From NCBI GenBank assembly GCA_049692255.1, contig JBAVOR010000031.1, positions 21,744 through 85,743 of the forward strand: 64,000 nt of DNA, read 5' to 3'. The DNA is from Candidatus Babeliales bacterium. Its GTDB lineage: Bacteria; Babelota; Babeliae; Babelales; JACPOV01. The stretch's first letter is position 1; the number at the start of each line of letters is the position of its first letter. This document shows, one piece after another, positions 55,287 through 63,216 of this stretch. The translations under genes and the position numbers were made by a program. The notes below the pieces were generated by a model. It was not told the DNA's origin. It did not search any database and saw only the letters and a program-made list of their open reading frames with translations.

Positions 55287-56921
55287 TTAAAACAATGAAC
55301 CGATATACTCTTTAGTGTCACCATCTGAAATGCTGGTATAAACACGTGCCAGATCTGTACCACGTTTAATTTCCAGTCGCTGGCCATCTTTCTCGCGGCT
55401 CAACAGCAAAAGCGCTTGTTCAATAGTATTAGTTTCGGTTGGTTTTTTATAAAGCTCTATTGAACCATCAGCAAACCCAGATACTAAATACTGGCCATCA
55501 GGGCTGAAATTACATCCATAATTCACCGGCAGTATCTTTATCAATTGCCGCGACAATAGACCAAATATTCTCAGCGACCCATCGCGCGCGCGCGAAATAA
55601 TCTCTTTACCGTTAGGGCCAAAACGTACTTCAACGATATCTTCAATAGAACCACCATTATTTTCATCAATGGTATGAACGCATTGCTGTTTTGCAATATC
55701 AAACAGCTTTATCATTCTCTCATCTGCCGCAAGAATATATTTACCGTCAGGGCTCACACACACTGTATGAATGGTATCAAAAGAACCAACGTAGCTCGGT
55801 TTGACATACCCACCATTTCGTTGATCAAAGGTGCCCAGACGCTCTTTTGTCGAAGCATCAAATATTTCGATTGATTTATCGTTGATAGCAGAAATAAGAT
55901 ATTTGCCATCAGCACTAAAACAAATGGCGCTAATTGACTCGAGATAGCCCCCATGATTTTTTTGATCAAATATATCGTACTGTTTTTTCAACAGATCAAA
56001 ATTACGCAAGGTGCCGCTTGTACTAAAAACAAGATAGTTGCTGTCAGGGCTAAAAAAGAATGCATCTATATCATTCACTTCGGCAACTCGTTGCTTTGTC
56101 GATACATCAAAAACCTTCATTGACCCATTTAATACCTTGGCAGCAATATAGTTGTTGTTGGGGCTTATGCGAACTACCATAATTTCGTTTTCCCAAATGC
56201 GGGGAGTATTTTCGTTCAGATCAAAGGTATGAATGCAGCTTCTCGAACTCATATCAAAAAAATTTATTAACTTATCCTGTGATCCAGAAACAAGATATTT
56301 ACCATCAGCGCTAAAATTGACGCTGTAAATTGCCGCATTCTTACGACCATTGTTTTGATCAAACGTATGCGCACAAAACCAAGTATGGTTTATCATTTTT
56401 CGAGCGACGGTGCGCTCCTGAGCTACGCTTAGTCCAAATTCTTTTGAGATTACATCCGGTTTTTCTTTAAATTGCTTGATCGTGTTGGGGGATTTAAAAC
56501 GCCTGACAATATCATCTAGCACTGGATCTTCAAGACCTTTACAATTCAAAAATGTAGCAACGAGTGCAATTTTTTTAAGATCATCATTATCATGCGTTTG
56601 TATATCTTGTCTGATATCCTGCTTGCAAATAAGCTTATTGAGTAAAGGATGTATATGCTTCTGCCAGTCGGCGTATGAAAGAACCGTTGGGGTAATCGGC
56701 AATGGTTCTTCACCAAAATCTGAACGCATATCTTTTAACGTTGTACACAAATCAACGAATTCACCTGGTACCATTACCGTACGATAACCGGTGAGCTTTG
56801 TTTGATCATACAATTGCAAGCGAATCGGCACCGATGGGGCAAATGGGACCTCGATCTGCTGCATGCCATTCATAAGCATTGACGATACTGTAGCAGTCAC
56901 AAACAAATATATGCTTTTCAT
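55287..56921 (-). CDS. Skp1-like domain + WD40 beta-propeller fusion protein (paralog B)
   Basis: ORF 55287..56987. ATG 56921 is preceded by AGGGAG. The N-terminal 170 aa are highly similar to paralog A (IRLQLYDQTKLTGYRTVMVPGEFVDLCTTLKDMRSDFGEEPLPITP). WD40 blades (FSADGKYLVSGSQDKLINFFD and others). Confidence 0.7.
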   Translation of the reverse strand: MKSIYLFVTATVSSMLMNGMQQIEVPFAPSVPIRLQLYDQTKLTGYRTVMVPGEFVDLCTTLKDMRSDFGEEPLPITPTVLSYADWQKHIHPLLNKLICKQDIRQDIQTHDNDDLKKIALVATFLNCKGLEDPVLDDIVRRFKSPNTIKQFKEKPDVISKEFGLSVAQERTVARKMINHTWFCAHTFDQNNGRKNAAIYSVNFSADGKYLVSGSQDKLINFFDMSSRSCIHTFDLNENTPRIWENEIMVVRISPNNNYIAAKVLNGSMKVFDVSTKQRVAEVNDIDAFFFSPDSNYLVFSTSGTLRNFDLLKKQYDIFDQKNHGGYLESISAICFSADGKYLISAINDKSIEIFDASTKERLGTFDQRNGGYVKPSYVGSFDTIHTVCVSPDGKYILAADERMIKLFDIAKQQCVHTIDENNGGSIEDIVEVRFGPNGKEIISRARDGSLRIFGLLSRQLIKILPVNYGCNFSPDGQYLVSGFADGSIELYKKPTETNTIEQALLLLSREKDGQRLEIKRGTDLARVYTSISDGDTKEYIGSLF

Positions 56922-57005
56922 AAAGCTCCCTTGCACATCGTTGCATTGACCAACTTGCATAAAAATAGTTACGTTCACAACGAGCATTGTATATAAAACG
57001 GTACA

Positions 57006-58898
57006 TTAGTCCAAGGAAAAACCGCGCACTGCACCAACAATCGTCTCTGCATCAATACCCGCCCACCTCAAAAGCTCTTCTGGTTTGCCAGACATGGGTA
57101 TGTGCGTTACTGCTAAACAGTTGATAGCAATGTTATGATTGCGCAATGCATAGCACACCGCAGTTCCTAAACCACCATGCAAATAATGATCTTCTACCGT
57201 AATAATTTTTTTATGAGATTTCTCTGCTACTGACACGATCGTGTCAACATCAAGCGGTTTAATGCTGTAGGCGTCAATAACGGCAATAGTAATATTTTCT
57301 TTTTTGAGTATTTCATATGCTTTTAACGCTTCGTGCACGGTAATGCCCGCAGCAACAATGCATGTAGCATCGTGCGCGCTAGAGCGCAGAATGCTACAAC
57401 CACCTATGGCAAATGTTTCATCTTTGTATAATTGCGGCGTTACACCACGCGTGGTGCGCAAATAACTGATCGATGTATCATGCGCAGCCATGAGAGCGAC
57501 TAATTGTGCTGTACTGTATGCATCACACGGATACAAAATGACCGAATCAGGGATCGCGCTCATGATCGCAATATCTTCTAACGCCATCTGCGAAGGGCCG
57601 TCTTGACCGATAGATACACCGGCATGAGAACCAACTAAGCGCAACGGTAAACGTCCAATTGCACTCATGCGTATTTGATCAACAGCACGCGAAAAGAATG
57701 CGCCAAATGTTGAAACGAAAGGAACAAAACCCATCGCCGCAAAACCGGCAGCCATGCTTACCATGTTTTGTTCTGCTATAAAACATTGCACAAAACGTTC
57801 TGGATGCGCATGTTCAAAAATTTCTGCGAATGTGGAATTTTTTACTTCTGCGTCAAGTGACACAATTTTTTTATTTTCAGCACCCAATGCAGCTAATGCG
57901 ATGCCATACGCTTTGCGCGTTGCAAGTGGCCCTGTATCAAATGATATTGATATGTTCGCCCCGCGCTCGGCATCCTTTCCGCCGTCGCACATGCTATGGC
58001 GGACGCGCGATACTTCGTTCGGCACCGTTATAATATTCGTTAATTTTGGATTACCGCGATACTGAGCGGCATCAGAAAATCGTTGTTGCAGCTCATTTTC
58101 CAGCGCAGCAAGCAGTTCTGGTTTAAATGCAACCCCATGGAATCCTTCTTTGTCTTGCACAGATTCAAGGCCATACCCTTTGAACGTATGTGCAACAATC
58201 ACCGTTGGCTTGTCTGTATTTGCACGCGCTGCATTGATTGCATCAACCAGTTGCTGCATATTGTGCCCATCGACCGCTATTGCGTGCCAGCCGAACGCTT
58301 GTGCTTTGATAACAAACTCATGCGTGTCATGCGCTTCCATTACCTGCGTCGTTTGCCCAAGCCTATTAGCATCGATAATCGCAATCAAATGATTCAGCTC
58401 ATAAAACGCTGCTACTTCAAAAGCTTCCCACACAGAGCCTTCCGCCATTTCACTGTCACCCAGCAAACAAAATGTGTAAGAAAGAATATGCGCTATGCGC
58501 TTGGCATACGCAATACCAGCAGCAATAGAGAGCCCTTGCCCCAGTGAACCGGTTGCTGCTAATGCACCACTAAAGCGTGGAGTAGGGTGCCCTTCAAGTA
58601 TTGATTGGAATTGACGATAGGTCATTAATTGATCATCGGTGATAACGCCTAGCTGTTTGTATGCTGCGTATAACAGCGGCGCTGCATGTCCTTTTGATAG
58701 AATAAAGTGATCATTAGCTATTGGCCGCGGATTATGCGGATCGAAATGGATGCCATAAAAAAAAAGTGCCGCCGTAATATCGGCAGCAGATAAACAGGAG
58801 GTAATATGACCAGAACCAGCGTGTGTTGTCATGCGTAAACAATCACGCCGTAATTGATATGCGCAGTGCGCAAGAAATTCTTTATAATTTTTATCCAC
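57006..58898 (-). CDS. tkt: Transketolase
   Basis: 630 aa, GTG start. TPP-binding LLGDSEMAEGSVWEA, SGH N-terminal motif, Pyr-domain FIAEQNMVSMAAG and GSHAGVSIGQDGPSQ. Confidence 0.85.
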   Translation of the reverse strand: MDKNYKEFLAHCAYQLRRDCLRMTTHAGSGHITSCLSAADITAALFFYGIHFDPHNPRPIANDHFILSKGHAAPLLYAAYKQLGVITDDQLMTYRQFQSILEGHPTPRFSGALAATGSLGQGLSIAAGIAYAKRIAHILSYTFCLLGDSEMAEGSVWEAFEVAAFYELNHLIAIIDANRLGQTTQVMEAHDTHEFVIKAQAFGWHAIAVDGHNMQQLVDAINAARANTDKPTVIVAHTFKGYGLESVQDKEGFHGVAFKPELLAALENELQQRFSDAAQYRGNPKLTNIITVPNEVSRVRHSMCDGGKDAERGANISISFDTGPLATRKAYGIALAALGAENKKIVSLDAEVKNSTFAEIFEHAHPERFVQCFIAEQNMVSMAAGFAAMGFVPFVSTFGAFFSRAVDQIRMSAIGRLPLRLVGSHAGVSIGQDGPSQMALEDIAIMSAIPDSVILYPCDAYSTAQLVALMAAHDTSISYLRTTRGVTPQLYKDETFAIGGCSILRSSAHDATCIVAAGITVHEALKAYEILKKENITIAVIDAYSIKPLDVDTIVSVAEKSHKKIITVEDHYLHGGLGTAVCYALRNHNIAINCLAVTHIPMSGKPEELLRWAGIDAETIVGAVRGFSLD

Positions 58899-58917
58899 AA
58901 CATTCTCTCTTTTAAAT

Positions 58918-58983
58918 GCGCTCAGATACCCCTTCGATACACCCGACTACGCTAAAGCTACGTCGTGCACTCAGGGCGAGCGC
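58918..58983. repeat. Family-B palindromic element, copy B7 (long form)
   Basis: gcgctcagataccccttcgatacacccgactacgctaaagctacgtcgtgcactcagggcgagcgc. Lies 20 nt upstream of the tkt start. Confidence 0.8.
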
Positions 58984-59014
58984 TCTTAAACCTTACTAAA
59001 AAAAAGAAATTATG

Positions 59015-59500
59015 TTAATCGCATCTCACCGCATCAACGCCCTCGGTGGGATCATGATGACAGGTATTAATATATTGATAAATATCGTTATATTCGAGTC
59101 TCTGGATAAGATTGAATGCTTTTTGTTGATCGCGATCATACACCATATTAACGAGCATATTATATACCACTTCAGGTGAAAGACTTTTATAGTTGGGTGC
59201 AATAAGTTCAAGCACTATATTTACTTTTTCCTCAACGCGCAACCCAACACGCTCATGCAATCTTTCAATAATATGCACAATTTTCTTTTCCCATGCATCA
59301 CCCTGCAACTCTTTAGTTTCTTTTTGGTACAGCTCAATTGCTTTCCACTGATACCCAGTTGGCCCACCATAAATAAGCCCATGCGCTTGAGCAACCTCTG
59401 ATAAAGGAGCTAAATTCTGCGGAATGGCGCGCAAAAAGCTATTAGGTAATGCGCTTATTATGCATGCTATCACAAACATTTTGCTAATACGCATAATCAT
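59015..59500 (-). CDS. Secreted protein (hypothetical)
   Basis: 161 aa. Signal peptide MIMRISKMFVIACIISALPNSFLRA. ATGA overlap with the upstream gene. Confidence 0.6.
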   Translation of the reverse strand: MIMRISKMFVIACIISALPNSFLRAIPQNLAPLSEVAQAHGLIYGGPTGYQWKAIELYQKETKELQGDAWEKKIVHIIERLHERVGLRVEEKVNIVLELIAPNYKSLSPEVVYNMLVNMVYDRDQQKAFNLIQRLEYNDIYQYINTCHHDPTEGVDAVRCD

Positions 59501-60081
59501 AACCTGACCCCTTCTGGTAAAGCGTAGTTTTGATCTACATTATCATTCTTTTTATCTTGCTCTTCATGCTCTTCTTCTTTTGGTGCTGGAATGGAAGAAG
59601 GAGTTACACGCATCTGTATCGGCTTTAAAGTGCTCACATCGATAGAAAGATTCTTTGTTGGTGGCTGCCCTATGCCAGTAAACCCCATCTTAATTGAAAC
59701 AGTCAATGTAATACTATCTGCATCACTGTATGCATCAAATGTTTGTTGCACGGAACTATTATTCGCCGTCAATTGCACACGCGCAGGCAGCGCGCTAAAA
59801 GTAAAATCTTGTTTGTCACCATATGCAATTGGCTTAGTGATAGTTTGTATTATCCCATTCTGGTCATCAAAAAAAGTGCCTGTACTAATATCGTAATAGG
59901 TGGTTGGTAGCACAGTAATAGCAGTCGAAGTAGCTCTGCCTCCTGTATGAGTGTTTGTCTTCACCACTGGTGATACATCTTTTACTTTATTAATAATAGT
60001 AATGGTAACACCCTGGAGCTGATGAGCCAGCGCAAACATGGCTATAGACCAGACACGCAACAGGATTAATTTTTTTTCCAT
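59497..60081 (-). CDS. Secreted beta-rich protein with acidic tail (hypothetical)
   Basis: ORF 59497..60090; ATG 60081 (MEKKLILLRVWSIAMFALAHQLQG). T/I/V-rich strands and a C-terminal EEEHEEQDKKNDN. Confidence 0.6.
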   Translation of the reverse strand: MEKKLILLRVWSIAMFALAHQLQGVTITIINKVKDVSPVVKTNTHTGGRATSTAITVLPTTYYDISTGTFFDDQNGIIQTITKPIAYGDKQDFTFSALPARVQLTANNSSVQQTFDAYSDADSITLTVSIKMGFTGIGQPPTKNLSIDVSTLKPIQMRVTPSSIPAPKEEEHEEQDKKNDNVDQNYALPEGVRL

Positions 60082-60150
60082 AGCTTTCAACTCACTTTTA
60101 TTAAAAAAAATGCTGCACGCATTGTCCTGCGCGCAGCACTCATCTTTTTA

Positions 60151-60426
60151 TTACGCTTCTTTTTCCACATCTTCAGTATTTTGGATTGTCATCTCATCAC
60201 CATTGTTTGGTCGAATCGTTGATGTTGGATCATTTTCATCTTGCAGCATCTCTGAATGCATTGTCGGCTCTTCAGTTTCTACTGCAGCTGCTGGTTGTGG
60301 ACTCTCTATCGCCTTTTCTACTGCATGACTAGGGCTAAAACTTGGCACATCGCTCAGTTCACTTGCTTGTAAGCAATTGACTGTTGCTAGTGCACCGATT
60401 ATAAGCGCTATTACTTGTTTGTTCAT
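60151..60426 (-). CDS. Small secreted acidic protein (hypothetical)
   Basis: 91 aa. GAGGAG RBS. Signal peptide MNKQVIALIIGALATVNCLQA. Confidence 0.55.
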   Translation of the reverse strand: MNKQVIALIIGALATVNCLQASELSDVPSFSPSHAVEKAIESPQPAAAVETEEPTMHSEMLQDENDPTSTIRPNNGDEMTIQNTEDVEKEA

Positions 60427-60466
60427 ATGAAACTCCTCAATAACAAAACAGATTCACTTTTCTATT

Positions 60467-61072
60467 TTATGATGAAGCGGTAGTTGTTTTTGCTACACTA
60501 CTCTGTTTTCCTTTGTAACCCGCTTGAACCTTATGGCCTTTTTTATGTTTCTTAAGGAAACCATTATCTTTCAACCATTTAACAAATACATGTCTCTTCA
60601 AGAACAACGCTGTATGGAAGTACCCTTCATCTTTACCATATTGGGTACGAACCAATGAAGCAAATGCCCACGTTTGTTCTTTTAATGTACGCACAAATGG
60701 GTGAATATCTTTCACGTCCTTTAATTTTTTGTCTGTAACTAAAGAAGCGGTATGAGCGATGGCCACTAACTGACCATTTAATGCAGGGTTCTTCGTATCA
60801 ACTTTTTTCAACTCTGCAAGTTGCTTGAAAACGGTATCATAGTCTTTATGCCTTGCAGCATCAACTGTCTTCTCTACGATAGATTTAAATGTATCATACC
60901 CATCAATCGCTGAACCCCATTTTTTATGGTGGCCCATCTTTGGGTGTTGTTGTATTTTCGATTCTTGGGTATCTCCTGCTGTTGATTCAGTTTTTTCACC
61001 TGACATCAAAGCAGCGTCCCCTAAAAATAAACTTAGTACTAATATAGGTAATAACTTTTTATATGTACTCAT
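60467..61072 (-). CDS. Secreted basic protein (hypothetical)
   Basis: 201 aa. AGGGAG RBS. Signal peptide MSTYKKLLPILVLSLFLGDAALMS. K/H-rich. Confidence 0.6.
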   Translation of the reverse strand: MSTYKKLLPILVLSLFLGDAALMSGEKTESTAGDTQESKIQQHPKMGHHKKWGSAIDGYDTFKSIVEKTVDAARHKDYDTVFKQLAELKKVDTKNPALNGQLVAIAHTASLVTDKKLKDVKDIHPFVRTLKEQTWAFASLVRTQYGKDEGYFHTALFLKRHVFVKWLKDNGFLKKHKKGHKVQAGYKGKQSSVAKTTTASS

Positions 61073-61211
61073 GAAAACTCCCTTTTTATGTTAACTATGT
61101 AAGTTTTAAAGACACCGCGTCTTAATTCTAACTATAACTGAATTAATAGACAAAAATCAATGGTTTTACTCTTTATTTTTAACTTATCACACGCTGTACA
61201 GGAGCATATAG

Positions 61212-62264
61212 TTGGGATACAGTGAGTTAAAAGGGGCTATAGATACGTTCACGATTATATGGCATACCATGGCAATACGCACCCGACTCCTCTGGCATAT
61301 ACGCGGTTTTTATTATCACACCTTTCGTTCATTAAGAACGCAAATGATCGTAAGCCTTTGCACATTACCAGTGCTCGCTGCATGGGGGCTCCCCTTTTCT
61401 ATTCTTACACCACTGGGTAACATTATTTTTTCACCTTTTTTGTTTATCATTCTGCTTTTTTCTTCTTTACTTTTTTTTACCGAACTGCTGCACATTCCTA
61501 ACAGTTGGCTTGTCTATTTGCTTGAATGGGCTATGCATGCGTATCAGTATTGCCTTTCATGGTCCGGTTCGTTTGGCATGATACCGCTCAAGCGCCCTTC
61601 TGTGTTATTACTCTGCCTATCGCTGGTAGCAGTTGCTGCTTTGGTGCATCACCAAAAAACGTGGCTGCATCGCTATAGCCTACTGGTATACACATGTGCA
61701 TGCGCACTCTTGTTGTTCCTGTTGCATACGGTGCCAACGAATCATCTCGCCGTGTATCAACTCCCTTGCAAAAGATCACCCGTAACTCTTTTGTCTGACT
61801 CTCACGCACTCATTATCATCGACAACGGCGCACTCGGCAGCATACCAAACGGCCCATCATTTGTAGAATATACATTGCTACCAGCAATGCGTTCGCGATA
61901 TGGTACGCATCAGATCGATCATTACATTGTTTTACAATACAATACGTGGACCATGCAGGCACTCGAACAGGTGTGTTCACTGACAACGGTTAAAAATATA
62001 TATATACCGACTTGGCGCGGCTATCTGCCTCGCAGCTGTTATACCGCGTACCAACAGTTTATTGCTACGGCACATGCACGCAAAACGCGGGTGCATTATC
62101 TACATAAAAAACAGGTAGAAATCTCCTTAAGAAATGGCACCTGTACCTTAGAGCGCATCGAGCAAGCAATTGAATATCGCAGCGCCACCATTCGCGGATT
62201 CTGCGTACAATATCGCATCGAAGGCCAAGAAGGAGCTATCTATCCTAAATTTGTCAAAAAATAA
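61212..62264 (+). CDS. ComEC/Rec2-related membrane protein (short form, degenerate metallo-beta-lactamase-like C-terminal domain)
   Basis: 350 aa. TTG start preceded by AGGAG. N-terminal TM region LCTLPVLAAWGLPFSILTPLGNIIFSPFLFIILL resembles the ComEC competence domain. C-terminal ALIIIDNGALGS...YTLLPAMRSRYGTHQIDHYIVLQYNTWTMQALEQV parallels the ComEC MBL domain but lacks HxHxDH. Confidence 0.4.
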   Translation: MGYSELKGAIDTFTIIWHTMAIRTRLLWHIRGFYYHTFRSLRTQMIVSLCTLPVLAAWGLPFSILTPLGNIIFSPFLFIILLFSSLLFFTELLHIPNSWLVYLLEWAMHAYQYCLSWSGSFGMIPLKRPSVLLLCLSLVAVAALVHHQKTWLHRYSLLVYTCACALLLFLLHTVPTNHLAVYQLPCKRSPVTLLSDSHALIIIDNGALGSIPNGPSFVEYTLLPAMRSRYGTHQIDHYIVLQYNTWTMQALEQVCSLTTVKNIYIPTWRGYLPRSCYTAYQQFIATAHARKTRVHYLHKKQVEISLRNGTCTLERIEQAIEYRSATIRGFCVQYRIEGQEGAIYPKFVKK

Positions 62265-62295
62265 GATCTAGTGGAGCACGTCACAACACGCCCAT

Positions 62296-62916
62296 TTAGC
62301 TCACCAAAATCGCTCGAGCAGGCGCACCATCAAGCCCCGGCAAAGCCAACGGCAAACAGTACAGCTGATACACGCCTGGTTTCACGTGCGCAAGACGCAA
62401 CCCTTCAATAATTACCACGTTACGCGACAGCAATATCTTATGGGTTGGATGATCTGGTTGATTAAACTCGATACCCAAATAATCGATCCCTATCGCTTTA
62501 ATGCCTTGCTCAACACAATAGCGCGCTGCATCTTCGCTCACATACACAAACTGATGGTCGAAAGGCTCATCTACTTTACGCGCACTGTTACGCGTTTTGC
62601 AGAGAACAATTTCATCTTTTTGTAACTGATGCGCCGCTAAATCTTCGCGCGTAATACAGTTATTTGCCGTGGTGCAGTCGATTACCCGCGCCGTACCACA
62701 CAGTTGCGTTAGAGGCACTTGATCAATAGCAGCACCATCAGCCAAAAAATGTGCTGGCGCGTCGATGTGTGTGCCGGTATGAGTATTAAATAAAACGATT
62801 GTTTCACGGGCGCCGTTCTGTTCAATGGTTTTAAAAGCAGTTGTTTTAAACTGTGCGCGATCTTTATATTCCGTTACGCCAGCCGCAAGGGGCCAGCTAA
62901 TATCTATAATTTTCAT
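62296..62916 (-). CDS. Cyclase-family protein (kynurenine formamidase-like)
   Basis: 206 aa. GGAGA RBS. HTGTHIDAPAHF motif (H.GTH.D.P.H) typical of the putative cyclase/arylformamidase family. Confidence 0.8.
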   Translation of the reverse strand: MKIIDISWPLAAGVTEYKDRAQFKTTAFKTIEQNGARETIVLFNTHTGTHIDAPAHFLADGAAIDQVPLTQLCGTARVIDCTTANNCITREDLAAHQLQKDEIVLCKTRNSARKVDEPFDHQFVYVSEDAARYCVEQGIKAIGIDYLGIEFNQPDHPTHKILLSRNVVIIEGLRLAHVKPGVYQLYCLPLALPGLDGAPARAILVS

Positions 62917-62928
62917 ACATTATCTCCG

Positions 62929-62980
62929 GCGCTCATGTCCTTCGATACACCGCTCTTCGAGCGGCACTCAGGATGAGCGC
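62929..62980. repeat. Family-B palindromic element, copy B8 (52-bp form)
   Basis: gcgctcatgtccttcgatacaccgctcttcgagcggcactcaggatgagcgc. Lies 13 nt upstream of the cyclase start. Confidence 0.8.
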
Positions 62981-63111
62981 TTTTTAAGCTTATGTGCTAT
63001 GGACTAGTTAAATTTTATACAATCAAACTAATAGATTATCAATCGCTCTTTTAAAGATCCTTAATAGTCTATGGCTCACCGGGACCGGATAAAGTTTTGC
63101 TTGCTTTTTTT

Positions 63112-63162
63112 GCGCTCATCCTGAGTGTTCGACAAAGTCGAATGTATCGAAGGGTCAAGCGC
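63112..63162. repeat. Family-B palindromic element, copy B9 (inverted orientation)
   Basis: gcgctcatcctgagtgttcgacaaagtcgaatgtatcgaagggtcaagcgc. Confidence 0.75.
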
Positions 63163-63216
63163 TCATATGGTTCGATACGATTTTTCGCTACGCTCAAAAT
63201 CACTCACCATGAGCGC
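63159..63216. repeat. Family-B palindromic element, copy B10 (shares a terminus with B9; right end forms the last codons of gnd)
   Basis: gcgctcatatggttcgatacgatttttcgctacgctcaaaatcactcaccatgagcgc. The minus-strand reading of its right end gives ...PSAHGE-stop of the gnd-like gene. Confidence 0.6.
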
